Shown here: positions 25,845 to 38,119 of the stretch, piece after piece
Position numbering within the stretch: position 1 is the first letter of the stretch
Layout: each line of letters opens with the position of its first letter
Source of the DNA: Lama guanicoe
Taxonomy: Eukaryota
Length of the DNA: 64,000 nt
Assembly (NCBI GenBank): GCA_013239625.1
Contig: MU054187.1
Coordinates: 16,980,711 to 17,044,710, forward strand
Reading direction: 5' to 3'
Translations under genes and position numbers: made by a program
The notes under the pieces: model-generated
Told to the model about the DNA's origin: nothing
Seen by the model: the letters and a program-made list of their open reading frames with translations, nothing else
Database searches by the model: none

Positions 25845-26390
25845 CCTCTGGCTTCTTGGTATCTTCCTTGGACCCCCTTGAATTCATTCTCATTTGAGGA
25901 TCATTTAGAAAATCACATCTAATTAGGTTCTTTCTCTCAATGAAAACCATTAACAATTGTCAATGACTTGTCAGGCAAAGACCAAATACTCATAGCATGC
26001 CTGTTAGGGTTCTGCACACCATTGACCTGGTCTTCCTCAACAGCCTTGTCTCTGGCATTTTTCCCACTGCTTTTTGCCCTCCAGAAATGCTTTGTCCTCT
26101 CAAAGTCACCAACTTCTTCCCTCCTCCAGGACCATCTCGTACACCTGCAGCCCTTCTACCCAGTCAATCCCTACCTATCCTTAGAATTAAATTCTAAATT
26201 CAATTTCTCTGAATCTTCCTGGACACTCTCTGAAGCCTCCTGCCCTGGTCAGTTCTGTTCTACTATACACACTTCTTCAAGTTTTATGATCTTTTTTTTG
26301 ACTGTGGTGTGGTATTTTAATATGTTGGCAGGGAGAGTTTAATATAAGTTAGAGCAAGCATCACTATACCCCATTCAATTGCCCATGACT
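25845..26390 (+). mobile_element. L2 fragment
   Basis: aaaatcacatctaattagg ... tcccactgctttttgccctccag ... cctcctccaggacc ... cctacctatccttagaattaaattc pattern. Confidence 0.5.
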
Positions 26391-27907
26391 ATATACAGCT
26401 TTTTCAGCTAGGAGAATGGGAGAAAAGGAATCAGAGAGGAAACAAGAGAGCTTACACCTGGTTGGGTCCCAGAATCTGGGTAGATAGAGAGAGTGGGCAA
26501 TAAGAACACAAACATTTGAGAAAGTTAAAAGCCGTGAAAATATAGGAGCTTAGAAAACTTGGGTGATATCTCTAGGTAAGGTCAAAAAAAAAAAAAATTG
26601 GCCAAATCCTAAAAGTACGTCACTCCACATCAGGTTGAGAAAGTAGGAAGAATGTCCTAATGCTGTTTATAGAGATTTGACTCTGAAACAACTTCAGGTC
26701 TCCCTTACAGCTGTAGAATTCTGCTGTAAGAGAGCTTTCCATACCTAATAGCAGCGAAGATGTTCCTTAGAGAGCTACTGTGATGAAAAGGTAGGAACAG
26801 CATGCAGTAGAAATACACAAAGAATGGAGCTGGGGACAAAACCACTGAGGATGCTTCAGCAAATGGCAGGCATGAATGCGTTACGAAAGCCCTGTTATCA
26901 CTGGTGCCACCACCGTGTTGATGATGCTGACATCGATGTCTAGGCTGGTGCACCAAGTATTCTCCAAAATTTGGACAAATTGTCAGAGAGAATGTTTCCA
27001 CCAACAAATTAGGAGGCAAAATACAATTTAAGTTTAACTAAAAGAAGATAACACAGTGACTTGTTTGCAATAGAGGTTTATTGAATATATTAGTTGGCTT
27101 TCTAAAACCGTCTAACTTTATCCAAAACTGTATGCTCTTATAAAGACAGAGATCTTTTAATATTACTCACACCTCTGTCTTCGCAACCCAGCACAGTCTC
27201 TGGCAGAGGTAAGTGAATACCTATTTTGTGCTTGGATGGATAGCAGTGATAAATGAATGAAGAGCATATAGCCTACTGGCTGTGGACCCGAGGCATTATC
27301 TTATAGAAATATATATTTGAATTGAATTTTAGATGTTATAAAAAGATTCCTTAACTTAAAGGCAAAGATGTTGCCACCCAAGCTTAGAATACTTGGCCAG
27401 TCTGTAAGATTGCGGTGCTCAAAGAACGCTGAGAGAATTAAAAAGAAAAAATGTATATGTATATATGATAAACATGATTAATCTATGTAAGTCCTCCATT
27501 ATTTTTCTTTCAAATAATGTATTTTTTTCTAAGCTGGTATGAAATCGGATAACATTTTTTTAGCCTCTAATTTTAGGAAATAAAATAATGCTTATACTTT
27601 GATAGGGTGGAATGTATATGATCATTTGCTTCCAAATAAAAGTTCTTTGTAACTGAAAGCAGTTCTTCTTTATAGATGAATATATGTGAGGAAATTCTAA
27701 TTTGTTTATTGGCACATGGAGAGTGAGTTCAACGCTTCATCAAACATTCACTGTAGTTAAGTAAGTTAGTCTCGGAAAGTATTTAGAGAAGCATCACATC
27801 TATTTAGTTCTTTGTGTTAATATTCAGGGAATTATTTTTCCAGGAGCCAAGGGAGTTTTTTGAGATTAAAAAAATAGTCTGGCAATTGGAATGTCTGACT
27901 AAACTAC

Positions 27908-28303
27908 TGTTATGAACTGAATTTTGGCTCCTCCCCGAAATTCATAGGTGGAAGCCTTAACCTCTAGGACCTTAGAATGTGTCTGTGTTCGTAAATAGAT
28001 GTTTTAAGAGGTAATGAAGGCCACTAGGGTGGGACCCAACTCAATATGACTGGTCTCCTTGTAATAAGAGGTGATTAAGACACACAGAGACACAAAGCAC
28101 ACACACACACAAGGAAATGGCCATGTAAAGTCACAGTAAGAGGGTGTCCATCTGCAAGCCATGGAGAGAGGACTCAGAAGGAGCCTAACCTACCAACACC
28201 TTGACCTTGGACTTCCAGCTGCCCTTAACTGTGAGAAAATAAATTTCTGTTCCTTAAGCCACCCCATTCAGGTATTTCGTATAGCATCCCTAGCAAACTA
28301 ACA
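27908..28303 (+). mobile_element. MLT1B MaLR solo LTR
   Basis: TG..CA termini. tgttatgaactgaatt ... aaattcata ... agaatgtg ... tagggtggg ... aatatgactggt ... ccatctgcaagcc ... actgtgagaaaataaatttctgtt ... ccctagcaaactaaca. Confidence 0.88.
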
Positions 28304-28394
28304 GTGTCACCAGCATTAGGTTCCTAGAACGCTCCGCAGTGTGAAAGTATGAAAGCAAATCTTAATTTCAAAAACAATGATATCTAACACCTAC

Positions 28395-28945
28395 TGGAGT
28401 TAAACATGACCCAGGATTTCATATTTTGGTATATTCCCAACAGAAATATACGCCGACATCTACTACAGAGATATTCATAGCAGCTGTATCCCTAATAGCC
28501 TCAAACTGGAAGCAACCTGGATGTCCATCAGCATGAAACAAGATAAACAGATTGTGGTATATTCACAAAATGGGATAGAACACAAATTAAATGAAAAAAC
28601 CCAAATGCTGATACATGCAACAGCAAAGATGAATCTCAAAATCAAATTTGGATTGGAAGAAGCCAAGACACAACATACATGCTGTGTGATTTTATTTAAA
28701 TGAACTTCATAAACAGCCAAAACTAATTTATGATGATAGTAGTCAGATTAATGATTACACTGGGCAGGTAGGTGGTGAATGGGACAGGCAGTAAATGGGA
28801 GAGGCAGGCTGAGAAATTTGCATACATGAGCTAATGGATGGCTACATGAGTGATTATAGAAGTAAAAGAACTCCTGAAGCTGAACACTTCATAGTAGCAT
28901 GGTTTGTGTAAGTTACACCTCAATTACAAATTTTTTTTAAAAAAT
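28395..28945 (+). mobile_element. Old L1 (L1MD/L1ME-like) 3' end
   Basis: ttcatagcagct ... aaactggaagcaacctggatgtccatca ... ttgtggtatattcacaaaatgg ... atacatgcaacagcaaagatgaatctcaaaa ... gtaagttacacctcaat. Confidence 0.8.
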
Positions 28946-30650
28946 CATCCATTTTATGCTATTTTTAAGTGTGTACTTCATGACACACAAGTCACTATGC
29001 TTGTATCAAATCTCTAGTATATCTTCTTTAATTTGAGATTTTTTACTCTGGGCAGGAACCAGAAGGGTATACGTTTTGCTTAGGTGGCTCTTTCTTAAAA
29101 ATAATGTCACTTTGAAAAAATGTGGCGAAACTTTTCCTAAATAATTGATCTTTCACATTCTTTCTTTGAACATGCTCCCCATTTGCCCAGGACACTTGCT
29201 TTCCTCTCCTCCAAACCCTTGCCTCTAGTATGGAAAATACTTGTTTGTCCAGAGATCATTCAAAGGTCACCTCTGCCTCCTCTGAGTCCTCTTTCTCTTG
29301 TACCAGACAAAGATAATTAGTTGTCTATGTTTGTGAACTTATTATATTACATTGTAATATGTTTTCACATGTGTGTCTCCTGCACATAAAAGTTGGCCCA
29401 AATTGTCAAGTGAATACATTAATAGAATAAATTGTGTAGAGAGTTAACCACGGGGGAAGTGTGGGGTTGGCTCTTGAATTATATAAGAGAATGTTGTTTC
29501 TTTGATCATAAAAAAGCTATCCTCCTTTATTGCTCACATGGTAATTTGTACGTTTCTTCCGATAGCTTGAATCAAAGTATAATTTATATGTCAATCACCA
29601 CTGCATGCTATAAAATGCCACAAGTGCAGCATTGTAATTTATTTGTTCTTATTTTCCCATTACTGCACTTAGTTTCATTACAGATAGTAGTTGGCACTTT
29701 ATAAATGTTTTTTATGATTATGAATCAATGAATTTATAAGCAGTTATTTAAACAATGAATGTAAAAACTATCATATTTATCCATTCATGAGATTTGCCAG
29801 ACTATTAGTTAACATTTTCAAAGGTTTCTAAGGTCTTTACTAGAGTACAATTTGTATCAGAAAATTGGAGAAGACAATCGTGGGTACCAAAAACTTCCTA
29901 CTAAATAATGAAGAATAAAGTTCTTACTGTGAATATATCTTGAAAAACAAAATGAAAATAAGTTTTTTAACTTTGTATTTAAGGAAATTTAAGTTTTCAG
30001 TGCTAAGTTTTAGAATAAAGGAGGAATAAAATATTAATTTGAAGATACATGTCTTTCAACTAAATTTTGAGAAGTGTTATATGTACACTTTTCACTTTTG
30101 CCTATGAGCATAATTTGAGCATAATCATAAATAAGATCATTAAAGAATATTAAAGAGTTTTATCAATTTTATCATTTGTCTTGATCCTTTGATAGTCATC
30201 TATTTTCATAATATTTGTTCCAGTATTCTCCTTATATGTTAACCAGTGTAAATGTCAGCTCTTCATCTGTGAATGATTTCAAGCAGAATTTGATCAATTG
30301 TTTCAACATTGCTTTCATTCACTATAAGAAATCCTACAACTTTTTCAAGATTTACATTGTAGCTTTAGAAAAAAAATTGTGATGTATTACTAAAGTTTTT
30401 GAAGACAATATCCAGCAATTACAGATACTTCAATAAAGTGGATGGAGTAAATGATTTTAAGCAGAGTAAATTTTGAATGATCAGTCTTATAAGCATTATG
30501 TTAGTAAAAATGCTATTTTAGTGACTAGATTTGTCTCCCTTCACAATCTCAGAACTCAGGAAAATAATTATGCAATAATACATGCTCATATAGTAAATAT
30601 TCAGATGAGTAACTTATGGAATAAAGTACATAAAGTATAAGTGAGAATAC

Positions 30651-30655
<5 letters not shown>

Positions 30656-30688
<33 letters not shown>
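30656..30688. repeat. (TG)n microsatellite, about 16 units
   Basis: Perfect TG run. Confidence 0.97.
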
Positions 30689-30690
<2 letters not shown>

Positions 30691-30729
30691 TGATTTTTTA
30701 TCAATTTCTCCTCAGTATTCTACATCATT

Positions 30730-30870
30730 TACAGACCTCATTATTTCTCAGTACAATCACTGATATAGGTAATTTTTATCCCCATTATGTAAACTGAAAA
30801 AAAATTCAGGTAAATTAAGATTAAGAATTTTGCCCAAGAAATAGAGGCAGGTTTCAAACAAAAGAGTTCT
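30730..30870 (-). mobile_element. MIR fragment
   Basis: ataggtaatttttatccccatt ... gaattttgcccaag ... gaggcaggtttcaaac. Confidence 0.55.
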
Positions 30871-33411
30871 AATTTGTCAGTATCTTTATATCTAATGATG
30901 TATAGATAGGTTTTTCCCCTTTTTATAGGTCTAGCTAAACATTCCTCAGATCAGTCTCCAGTGATGAGGTTTTAGAGAAAGGGGGTGAGTAATCTCTAAA
31001 AACCTTCAATCTCTACAATGTATCAATAATGAGCTATGTTTGATGGAACCATTACTTTCAACAATTATGGACTATTTCTCAAACTTTCATTTTTTAATAC
31101 ACATCATAAATTTCCATTTTTAGCGTGTAAACAATTCAGAAGACTTCTTTCCAAAACACACTAACACCTCATAAAACATAGTTTGCAAAATGTTGGCTAC
31201 AAACAGGAGATTTTCTTGCCCTCAAGTTATTTAATTCTTCAGCTTCCATCAGACACCATTTGGAATAAACTTAATTATTCATTTCCTAATTTATTTACTT
31301 AAAATAAATAGATATCCTTAATATAATACATTATTCTTCATTGTGATTTACCCTAAAAAGATTTTCAATGGCCATTTTCATGGAAATTAAAGAATAATTC
31401 AAATGATAATCAATAAACCCAATCCAGTATTAAATGTCTGTCCTGAGTATGAAAATTACATGGCTATCACTTAGGAGACTTGTTCAAAAGTTTTCCTAAA
31501 GTCAGGCAAAATGCAACAACAGCAAGAACTTCTCTTCTTTAAGTGTAATAAAAGTAAATCTGTGTGCATAAACGAGAATGGTTGAACAACAACAAAAAAT
31601 CTGTGCTATCAATATCCACACTTTTACAATATCCTGTCTTTTACCACCACTCTATGGGCTCGAGTGCCAAGCATAACTCCAAGGGACGTTCTCTGTAATT
31701 TACACTCCATGTATTAAAAGCAAACCCCATTTTACAATCTAAAAGGAAAATATATTTATCCACCATCTTCTTCTAAAATAGGAAAATTATCCCAAAATAT
31801 TTGTGGGAATTAAAAAAAATAATCATCTTCAAAATTCGGATAAGACAGACAGAAGCATGTGTCTTCTGTCTTCTTAAATATTTCATCAAATTTTAGTATC
31901 TTAACAATTTCAGTCAACTTTGTTCCACTTCTACAGAAAGTGAAACGAGCTGATGATGTATCTAATTTTCAGAGATCAGACAGGAATTTCGGTAAAACAA
32001 AGGAATTCAATATTTGTAGAAAGCACGTTGGTAGCATCTACTCTGTTGTTCTGCCTCTCTGCGGCATCAGGAAGTGGTATGAAGCCCTATAAAAACATAG
32101 CATTGCTGGGGAAACTAAGCAGTGGATGTAAGTGGAAATTCAATATAAGCGGGTTTGACAAATGTGGGGAAATTTAACATGGAGCCTGTGGGATTTTTGG
32201 CCAGACTTTTAAATTTGATTGATAGCTTTAAGAATTTTATATATATGGATTCAATACAAGTGGGTATCATGGTATCATAAAAGCAATATCATCAACTAAA
32301 GAAGTTACAAAACTCTAGCTCCTGGGCATTGGCTGTGCAATATCTTTTTAGCTACTAAAGTTAACTGTTGCAATCCACTTGTTTTTACCTAGTCTTGATG
32401 TGGTTTTACAGTTTACCATGTTTTTCGTTGAACATTTTTAGATGTCTTTTTATCAAATGAGCATTTGGTGGTGTACTCTGAGGGCAATCTTTTCTCTTAC
32501 CTCTTGTTTGACTACAGTTTAGTTTTCTAATAATATTTTGAAATTCAGTTAAAGAAAATATCTTTGAATTTAGTTTCTCAAGGGAATTTCCTTCAGATGT
32601 TGTATGTATTATTTCAGATAGCCTCTTCTTTGATCTAATGGAAAGGAAAAAATACTAAAATATGCTAATAAAATAATACTTTATATCATAATTAAATTTT
32701 TTCCTAGCCATCTTGGGGAACAGCTACAAATATTTTGACATTTTAAAGTCAGAGATTATAAAAACGATACTAGTGGCTGTGAATAAGGTCTCAGACTACA
32801 CATATATATATGTATATATATATTTAAATATCTCATATCCCACTCAACTCTGTAGTAGTTTAATTGATGGCTCTTTATGCCTTATAAACATATGCATATG
32901 TAAGAGATATGATCAGATTTGTGATTTACTTCTCTATTGCATCAAATCCTGTCTATCAGACATATAGTCAGCATTTTAATACTAAATAGTACAAATTAAT
33001 AAATGATATTAATGCTGAAACATGTTGGAAGCGGTAGGCTCTAAATAGTTTTCCTCAGTGAAACACATAAATTTAAAATTAAAGAAAACAGGTCAGTCAA
33101 TCCAGTTCATATTGTATTAACTGCAAGGTAGACTATAAGCATGAACTAGATTAGTCCTAGAGATTCAGACTAATTAATAATAAGCCTGGATAGAATATCA
33201 ATGGAATGTGTGGAAATATATATATACACACACACACATTCATATGTATGTGTATCTGATTATATAGAAAAATAAATATAAATTTTTCTTCTTTTAGACT
33301 TAAATTTACTCAAATATTAAACAGTCATTATGGAATTAATGTGTAATTTGGTATTTTAAGTGCCGAAACACATATCCAGAATATTTTTGCTCCATTAAAA
33401 CACTTTTTTGG

Positions 33412-33618
33412 GGGGAGGTTATAGCTTATGTGGTAGAGAACATGCTTAGCATGCACGAGGTCCTGGGTTCTATCCCCGGTGCCTCCTTCAAAATTAAATA
33501 AATAAATAAATATAATTACCTCCCCCCACAAAAAAACCTAAATAAAATCACTCTTCAAAAAATAAAAAAAAAATAAAATAAAATAAAATATAATAAAAAT
33601 ACAAACAAAACTTTAAAA
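33412..33618 (+). mobile_element. tRNA-Ala-derived camelid SINE (vic-1 type)
   Basis: ggggaggttatagcttatgtggtagagaacatgcttagcatgcacgaggtcctgggttctatccccggtgcctcc, (aaat)n, taattacctcccccc and an A-rich tail. TSD aaaacacttttttg (33397-33410) and aaaacatttttttg (33619-33632) at a TT/AAAA L1 endonuclease site. Confidence 0.92.
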
Positions 33619-33952
33619 AAAACATTTTTTTGTCATTGCTCATTCTCTGCTTGTCTGAAGGCAGTCTACACAAAATGAAGCCTCCATACTTTCTTTTTAA
33701 AAAAGATATCATCATAGACAAATTATTATAAAAGTTGATTAGGTGCACATTCAATTGTTTTTCAAAATAAATTTCTAAAATATTTTATTCGTATTTAAAA
33801 CATAAGACAACTGTGGTGACTAGAATGCGTAGGACCCTTACTGGTAGCATCAATTACAGCAATTCATTTTGTAGTCTTAGCTATTACATGAAGTGTGAAC
33901 TATGAAAATACTGAATTTGCAAATGTGTTACCAGTTGTTTCACTTGGGAAAT

Positions 33953-34455
33953 TGTGTTAGAGTTCTCTAGAGAATCAGAACCAATAGGATATATATCAAT
34001 ATACAGAAAAAAGATTTACTATGAAGGATTGGCTTATGTGATTTTGGAGACTGAGAAGTCCCACAATCAGCCATTTACCACCTGATGGCGCAGGAAAGCT
34101 GGTGGTGTCACTCCAGTCCAAACCCGACAGCCTGAGAATCCAGGGGGCCAATGGTGTGAGTCTCGGTCTGAGTCGGAAGGCCTGAGAACCGGGAACGCCG
34201 ACATCCAAGGGAAAGATGGATGTTCCCATCAAGCAGAGAGTGAATCTGCCCTGCCTCCAACTTCCTGTTCTTCTCAGGCCCACAACAGATTAGATGATGC
34301 CCACTTGTATCTGGGAAGGTGATCTTTGCTCAGTTGACCAACTCAGATGCTAATCTCATCAAGAAACACTCTCACAGACACATTCAGAATAATGTTTTAC
34401 CAACTAGCTGGGCATCCCCTAGTCCAGTCAAGTTGACATAAAATTAATCATCCCA
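33953..34455 (-). mobile_element. MLT2B-type ERVL solo LTR
   Basis: gttctctagagaatcagaaccaatagga ... gagaagtcccacaatc ... ggaaagctggtggtgt ... aggcctgagaacc ... ctcacagacac ... ccagtcaagttgacataaaattaatcatc. Confidence 0.9.
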
Positions 34456-34689
34456 GTTGTGGTCTTGCTGCTACTTGTGCAAAAATTTAGGCACAGATCT
34501 GAGCCATAGTACAAATGTATCTATTGATTTTTGTACCATATCATCAAAATAAATATAATTGTGTATTTTATATATTTTCTTTTAAAAGATTTTTGGCTTT
34601 TGCTGGTAAAGACTAACAACAGATGGCACAAATTCTTTACTGATTTTTATATACTCTTCACCAGCATTAAAATAGTACAATTATCTCTC

Positions 34690-35400
34690 CCAGGAATTTA
34701 AGAAATCAATGCTATTAACTAATCTACAGACTGAATTTGAATCTCACACATTTTCTTACTAACGTCCTTTTTCTAGCCCAGGATCTAATCAAAGATTCCA
34801 CATTGTATTGACTTACTATGTCTCTCTACAGTAATCACATTCAGGAAGAGCTGATCTTTCTATCCATTCATTACTTTACTAGACTATAGCTTGGTGGATA
34901 TTTATTCTATTGAATGGGTTATAATCTGCATATCATTATTTTGTTGCTCAAATTATCTCAGACTCAGTTACTGGGAGACTTCTCATGTTGGCTTTTTCAT
35001 CCTCTCAACAAACCCCCATCATTTTTTGAGTGTTTCCTTATTTTTGGCAACAAAGAGTACACAAGGTTTTATTTGTACTTTTCTTATTCTAGTCTTGGAA
35101 TTAACAATTTCTCTAGGGATTTCTGGTTCCTTTTACTAAAAAATAATAGTTAGAAATAAAGATCTGAGTTCTAAGTGTACTCACTGTGGCTAGGTGTCAT
35201 TTCTTACAGGTCCCTTTCAGAGGATAAAGCTAAGAAGTTTATGGATATATTCCAAACCATGCACACACACACGTATATTTGTCCATCCATATTAATATTA
35301 AAAAGCATGAATTCAGACTGATACTTCCAATTGCAATTAAATATCACACTGTTATTTTTAGCTTTTCCTTTTTTCTTATTTGTTTATAGGCTTACTCTAT
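34690..35400 (-). mobile_element. Old L1 (L1MC-like) 3'UTR
   Basis: ctattaactaatctacagact ... ccaggatctaatc ... tgttgctcaaatt ... cccatcattttttgag ... ttagaaataaagatctg. Confidence 0.7.
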
Positions 35401-35499
35401 ATAGTCAAAATACTGTTTTCCAAAGATTAGTTCTTACTTTCTTTCTCTTACCCATGTGGTAGTGTTATCAATTAAGCTCATTTGTTTTTGTTTTCCATT

Positions 35500-36455
35500 T
35501 TGGTCCACGTGGGGACCAGGGCTGCTGCCACTGAGAATGGGAGCAGCTGTCGGGGACAAAGGCAGCTCAAACCAGAAGCAGCATGTGAACAGGGTGGAGG
35601 CAGCCATGACTGGCTCTTAAACATGCTGCACATCAGAAGTGGCTCTGGTCTCTGACTGCGGTGGGGACCACCACAGCCTGCGCCTAGACCCACACTGGGA
35701 GCCCACCCCAGCCCCTCTTGTTCCAGCACTGCTCCCCTCTGGGGTGCAGATGTTGGTGCTGGGAAAATGGAGAGCACACACTTAAAGGGAATGGACCAAG
35801 CTTAGACCTGACCCTCAGGACTTGGGAACTGACCTTCCCCTCAATGGGGTGGTGATGGCCACTGAGCAGAAGAGAAGCCCAGACTCACACCTGGCTCTGG
35901 CCCTGGCCCTCCATCTATCTCCAGCCCCACCTCTAACATGATAGTTGCCAGCACCCTCTGGGGAAAGAGGTGACTAATGTTCACATCAGATCCAGCTCTC
36001 CCACCACAGCCACTGGGCACATGCAGACGCTCCCACACAAGGACACTCCTTCAAGACTGCTGTAGGTAGCTGTTTCACCCTAATTCTATAGAGATAGGAG
36101 AGAGAAAGTTAAGCAAAGTGAGAACACAGAGGGATTTGTTTCAATTGAAAGAACAAGAGAAAACCCCTGAAAAAATAGCTAATGGAAGAGAAATAATTTA
36201 CCAGATAAAGAGTTCAAAACATCAATAGTAAGAAAGATATTTGAATTAGAAAAAAGTACAAATGAAGACAAAATTTTAACAAGGAACTAGAAAATATAAA
36301 AACAGTCAGAACTGAAGAATACCATAACTAAAATGAAAAACACTCTAGAAGGAATTGACAGCAGTCTAGGTGATTTGGAAGAACACATAAGTGACCTGGA
36401 AGATAGAAAAATGTAAATCACCCAATCAGAGCAGCAAAAAGAAAAAAAAAAACAG
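35500..36455 (+). mobile_element. L1 distal 5'UTR plus decayed ORF1 N-terminus
   Basis: GC-rich UTR, then aaagaacaagagaaaacccctgaaaaaa ... ttaccagataaagagttcaaa (LPDKEFK) ... atgaaaaacactctagaaggaatt (MKNTLEGI) ... ataagtgacctggaagataga (ISDLEDR). Frame disrupted. Confidence 0.85.
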
Positions 36456-36780
36456 AAGGAAATCTGGACAACATGGATGAATCTGAAGGATGCTATGCTA
36501 ACTGAAGTTAAGTTAGACTCAACAAGACATATACCATGTGATCTCACTTATATGCAGAATCTAAAAATTTCTACCTTATAGAAGCAGAGAGTACAGTAGC
36601 TTGCCAGGGGCTGGGTGTTAGGAGATATGTCAGTTGCTCAAAGGATACAAGTTACGCAGGATGAAAAAAATTAGGGAGAGCAAATACAGAGCAATGTGAC
36701 TACAGTTAACAATAGTGAATGTTCTAAGACAGTGAATTTAAGGGTTGTCATCACATAACAAAATAATAGTAACTATGAGA
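36456..36780 (+). mobile_element. L1 ORF2 terminus and partial 3'UTR
   Basis: acaacatggatgaatctgaagga ... tatgctaactgaagtaag ... atctcacttatatgcagaatctaaaaa ... tgactacagttaacaata ... gtaactatg. Confidence 0.85.
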
Positions 36781-38115
36781 CACACACCCAGAAGTGGGAG
36801 AGCTGAAGCATATGGTAGTTCTATTTTTAGTTTTTTTAATGAACCACCTCACTGTTTTCCATAGTGGCTGTACAAATTTACATTTCCAGCAACAGTGCAC
36901 AAGGGTTGCTTTTACTCCAAATCCCTCCCAACACTTATCTCTTGTCTTCTTGATGCTAGCCTTTCTAACTGTGTGAGGTTATGTCTCAGTGTGTTTTAGA
37001 TTTGCATTTTCCTGGTGGTGCTGCTGAGCATCTTTTCATGTACCCGTTGTCTATTTGGATGTCTTCCTTGAAAGAGATCAGTTTAGTACCTCTGCCCATT
37101 TTTAAAATTGTATTATTTGGGGGTTGTGATTCATCTATATGAGTCTGTTATATATTTAGGATATTAACTCATTATCAGATACATGATTTATAATTATTTT
37201 TCCAAGTCTGAAGATTGCTTTTCCATTTTGTTGAATGCATCTTTTGCTGTTAGAAACTATTTGGCTTGATGTAGTCCTGCTTATTAATTTTTCCTTTTGT
37301 TGTTTTTGCTTTTGGTATCACATCCAGAGAATTTTTGCCAATACTGTGTCAAAGAAATTTTTTTCTTATGTTTTCTTCTAGGAGTTTTATGGTTTCAGGT
37401 CTTATTTTTAAGTCATCAATGCACTTTGAGTTCACTTTTGTGAGTAGTGTAAGGTAGGGGTCAAATGTCGTTCTTCTGCATTTTGTGGTCCAATTTTCAC
37501 ACCACCATTTATTGAAGTAACTGTTCTTTTCCCACTGAGTATTCTTGGCTCTTATGAAATATTAGTTGACTGAGTATTAAAGCATTTATTTCTGGACTCC
37601 TGATCTGTTCCAATAGTCTATGTGTCCAGTTTTATCCAGTACCATACTGTTTTGATTGTCATAACTTTCTAGCATAGTTTGACATCAGAAAGTATGATGC
37701 CTCTGGTTTTGTTCTTCTCTCTCAGGATTGCATTGTCTAGTTGAGGTCTTTTGTGGTTCCATAGAAATTTTAGAACTGTTTTTTCTGTAACTGTTTTTCA
37801 AATGCCATTGGTATTTTGATAGAGTTTGCATTATATCTATGCATGGTTTTGGGTGACATGGACATTTTAACAATATTAATTATTCTGCTACATGAGTGTG
37901 AGATACCTTTCCATTTGTGCTTCTTCAGTTTCATCAGTGTACAGATAAATTTTCACAGTGTACAGATTTTACATCTTATAGATTCAGTGTACAGATCTTA
38001 CATCTCTTTGACAATTTTATTCCTATTTTATTGTTATTTATTTCATTTTAAGTGATTATTGATATTTTGTTGTTAGTATATAGAAACACAAGTGATTTCT
38101 GACATTTATTTGGTA
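36781..38115 (-). mobile_element. Decayed L1 ORF2 (3' third)
   Basis: cccagaagtggga ... actgttttccatagtggctg ... gttttcttctaggagttttatggtttcaggtctta ... caccatttattgaag ... ccagtaccatactgttttgatt ... atgccattggtattttgatag. Confidence 0.92.
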
Positions 38116-38119
38116 TAAA

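Noticed and set aside
33412..33486. tRNA-Ala(AGC)-like sequence (also at 14.0 and 41.0 kb)
   Set aside because: These are SINE heads with A-rich tails, TSDs and mutated stems, not tRNA genes.
33996..34283. 95-aa ORF
   Set aside because: Lies wholly within the MLT2B LTR.
35478..36050. GC-rich island suggesting a gene promoter or exon (also 38120-38650)
   Set aside because: CpG-depleted and contiguous with L1 ORF1, so best explained as decayed L1 5'UTR.
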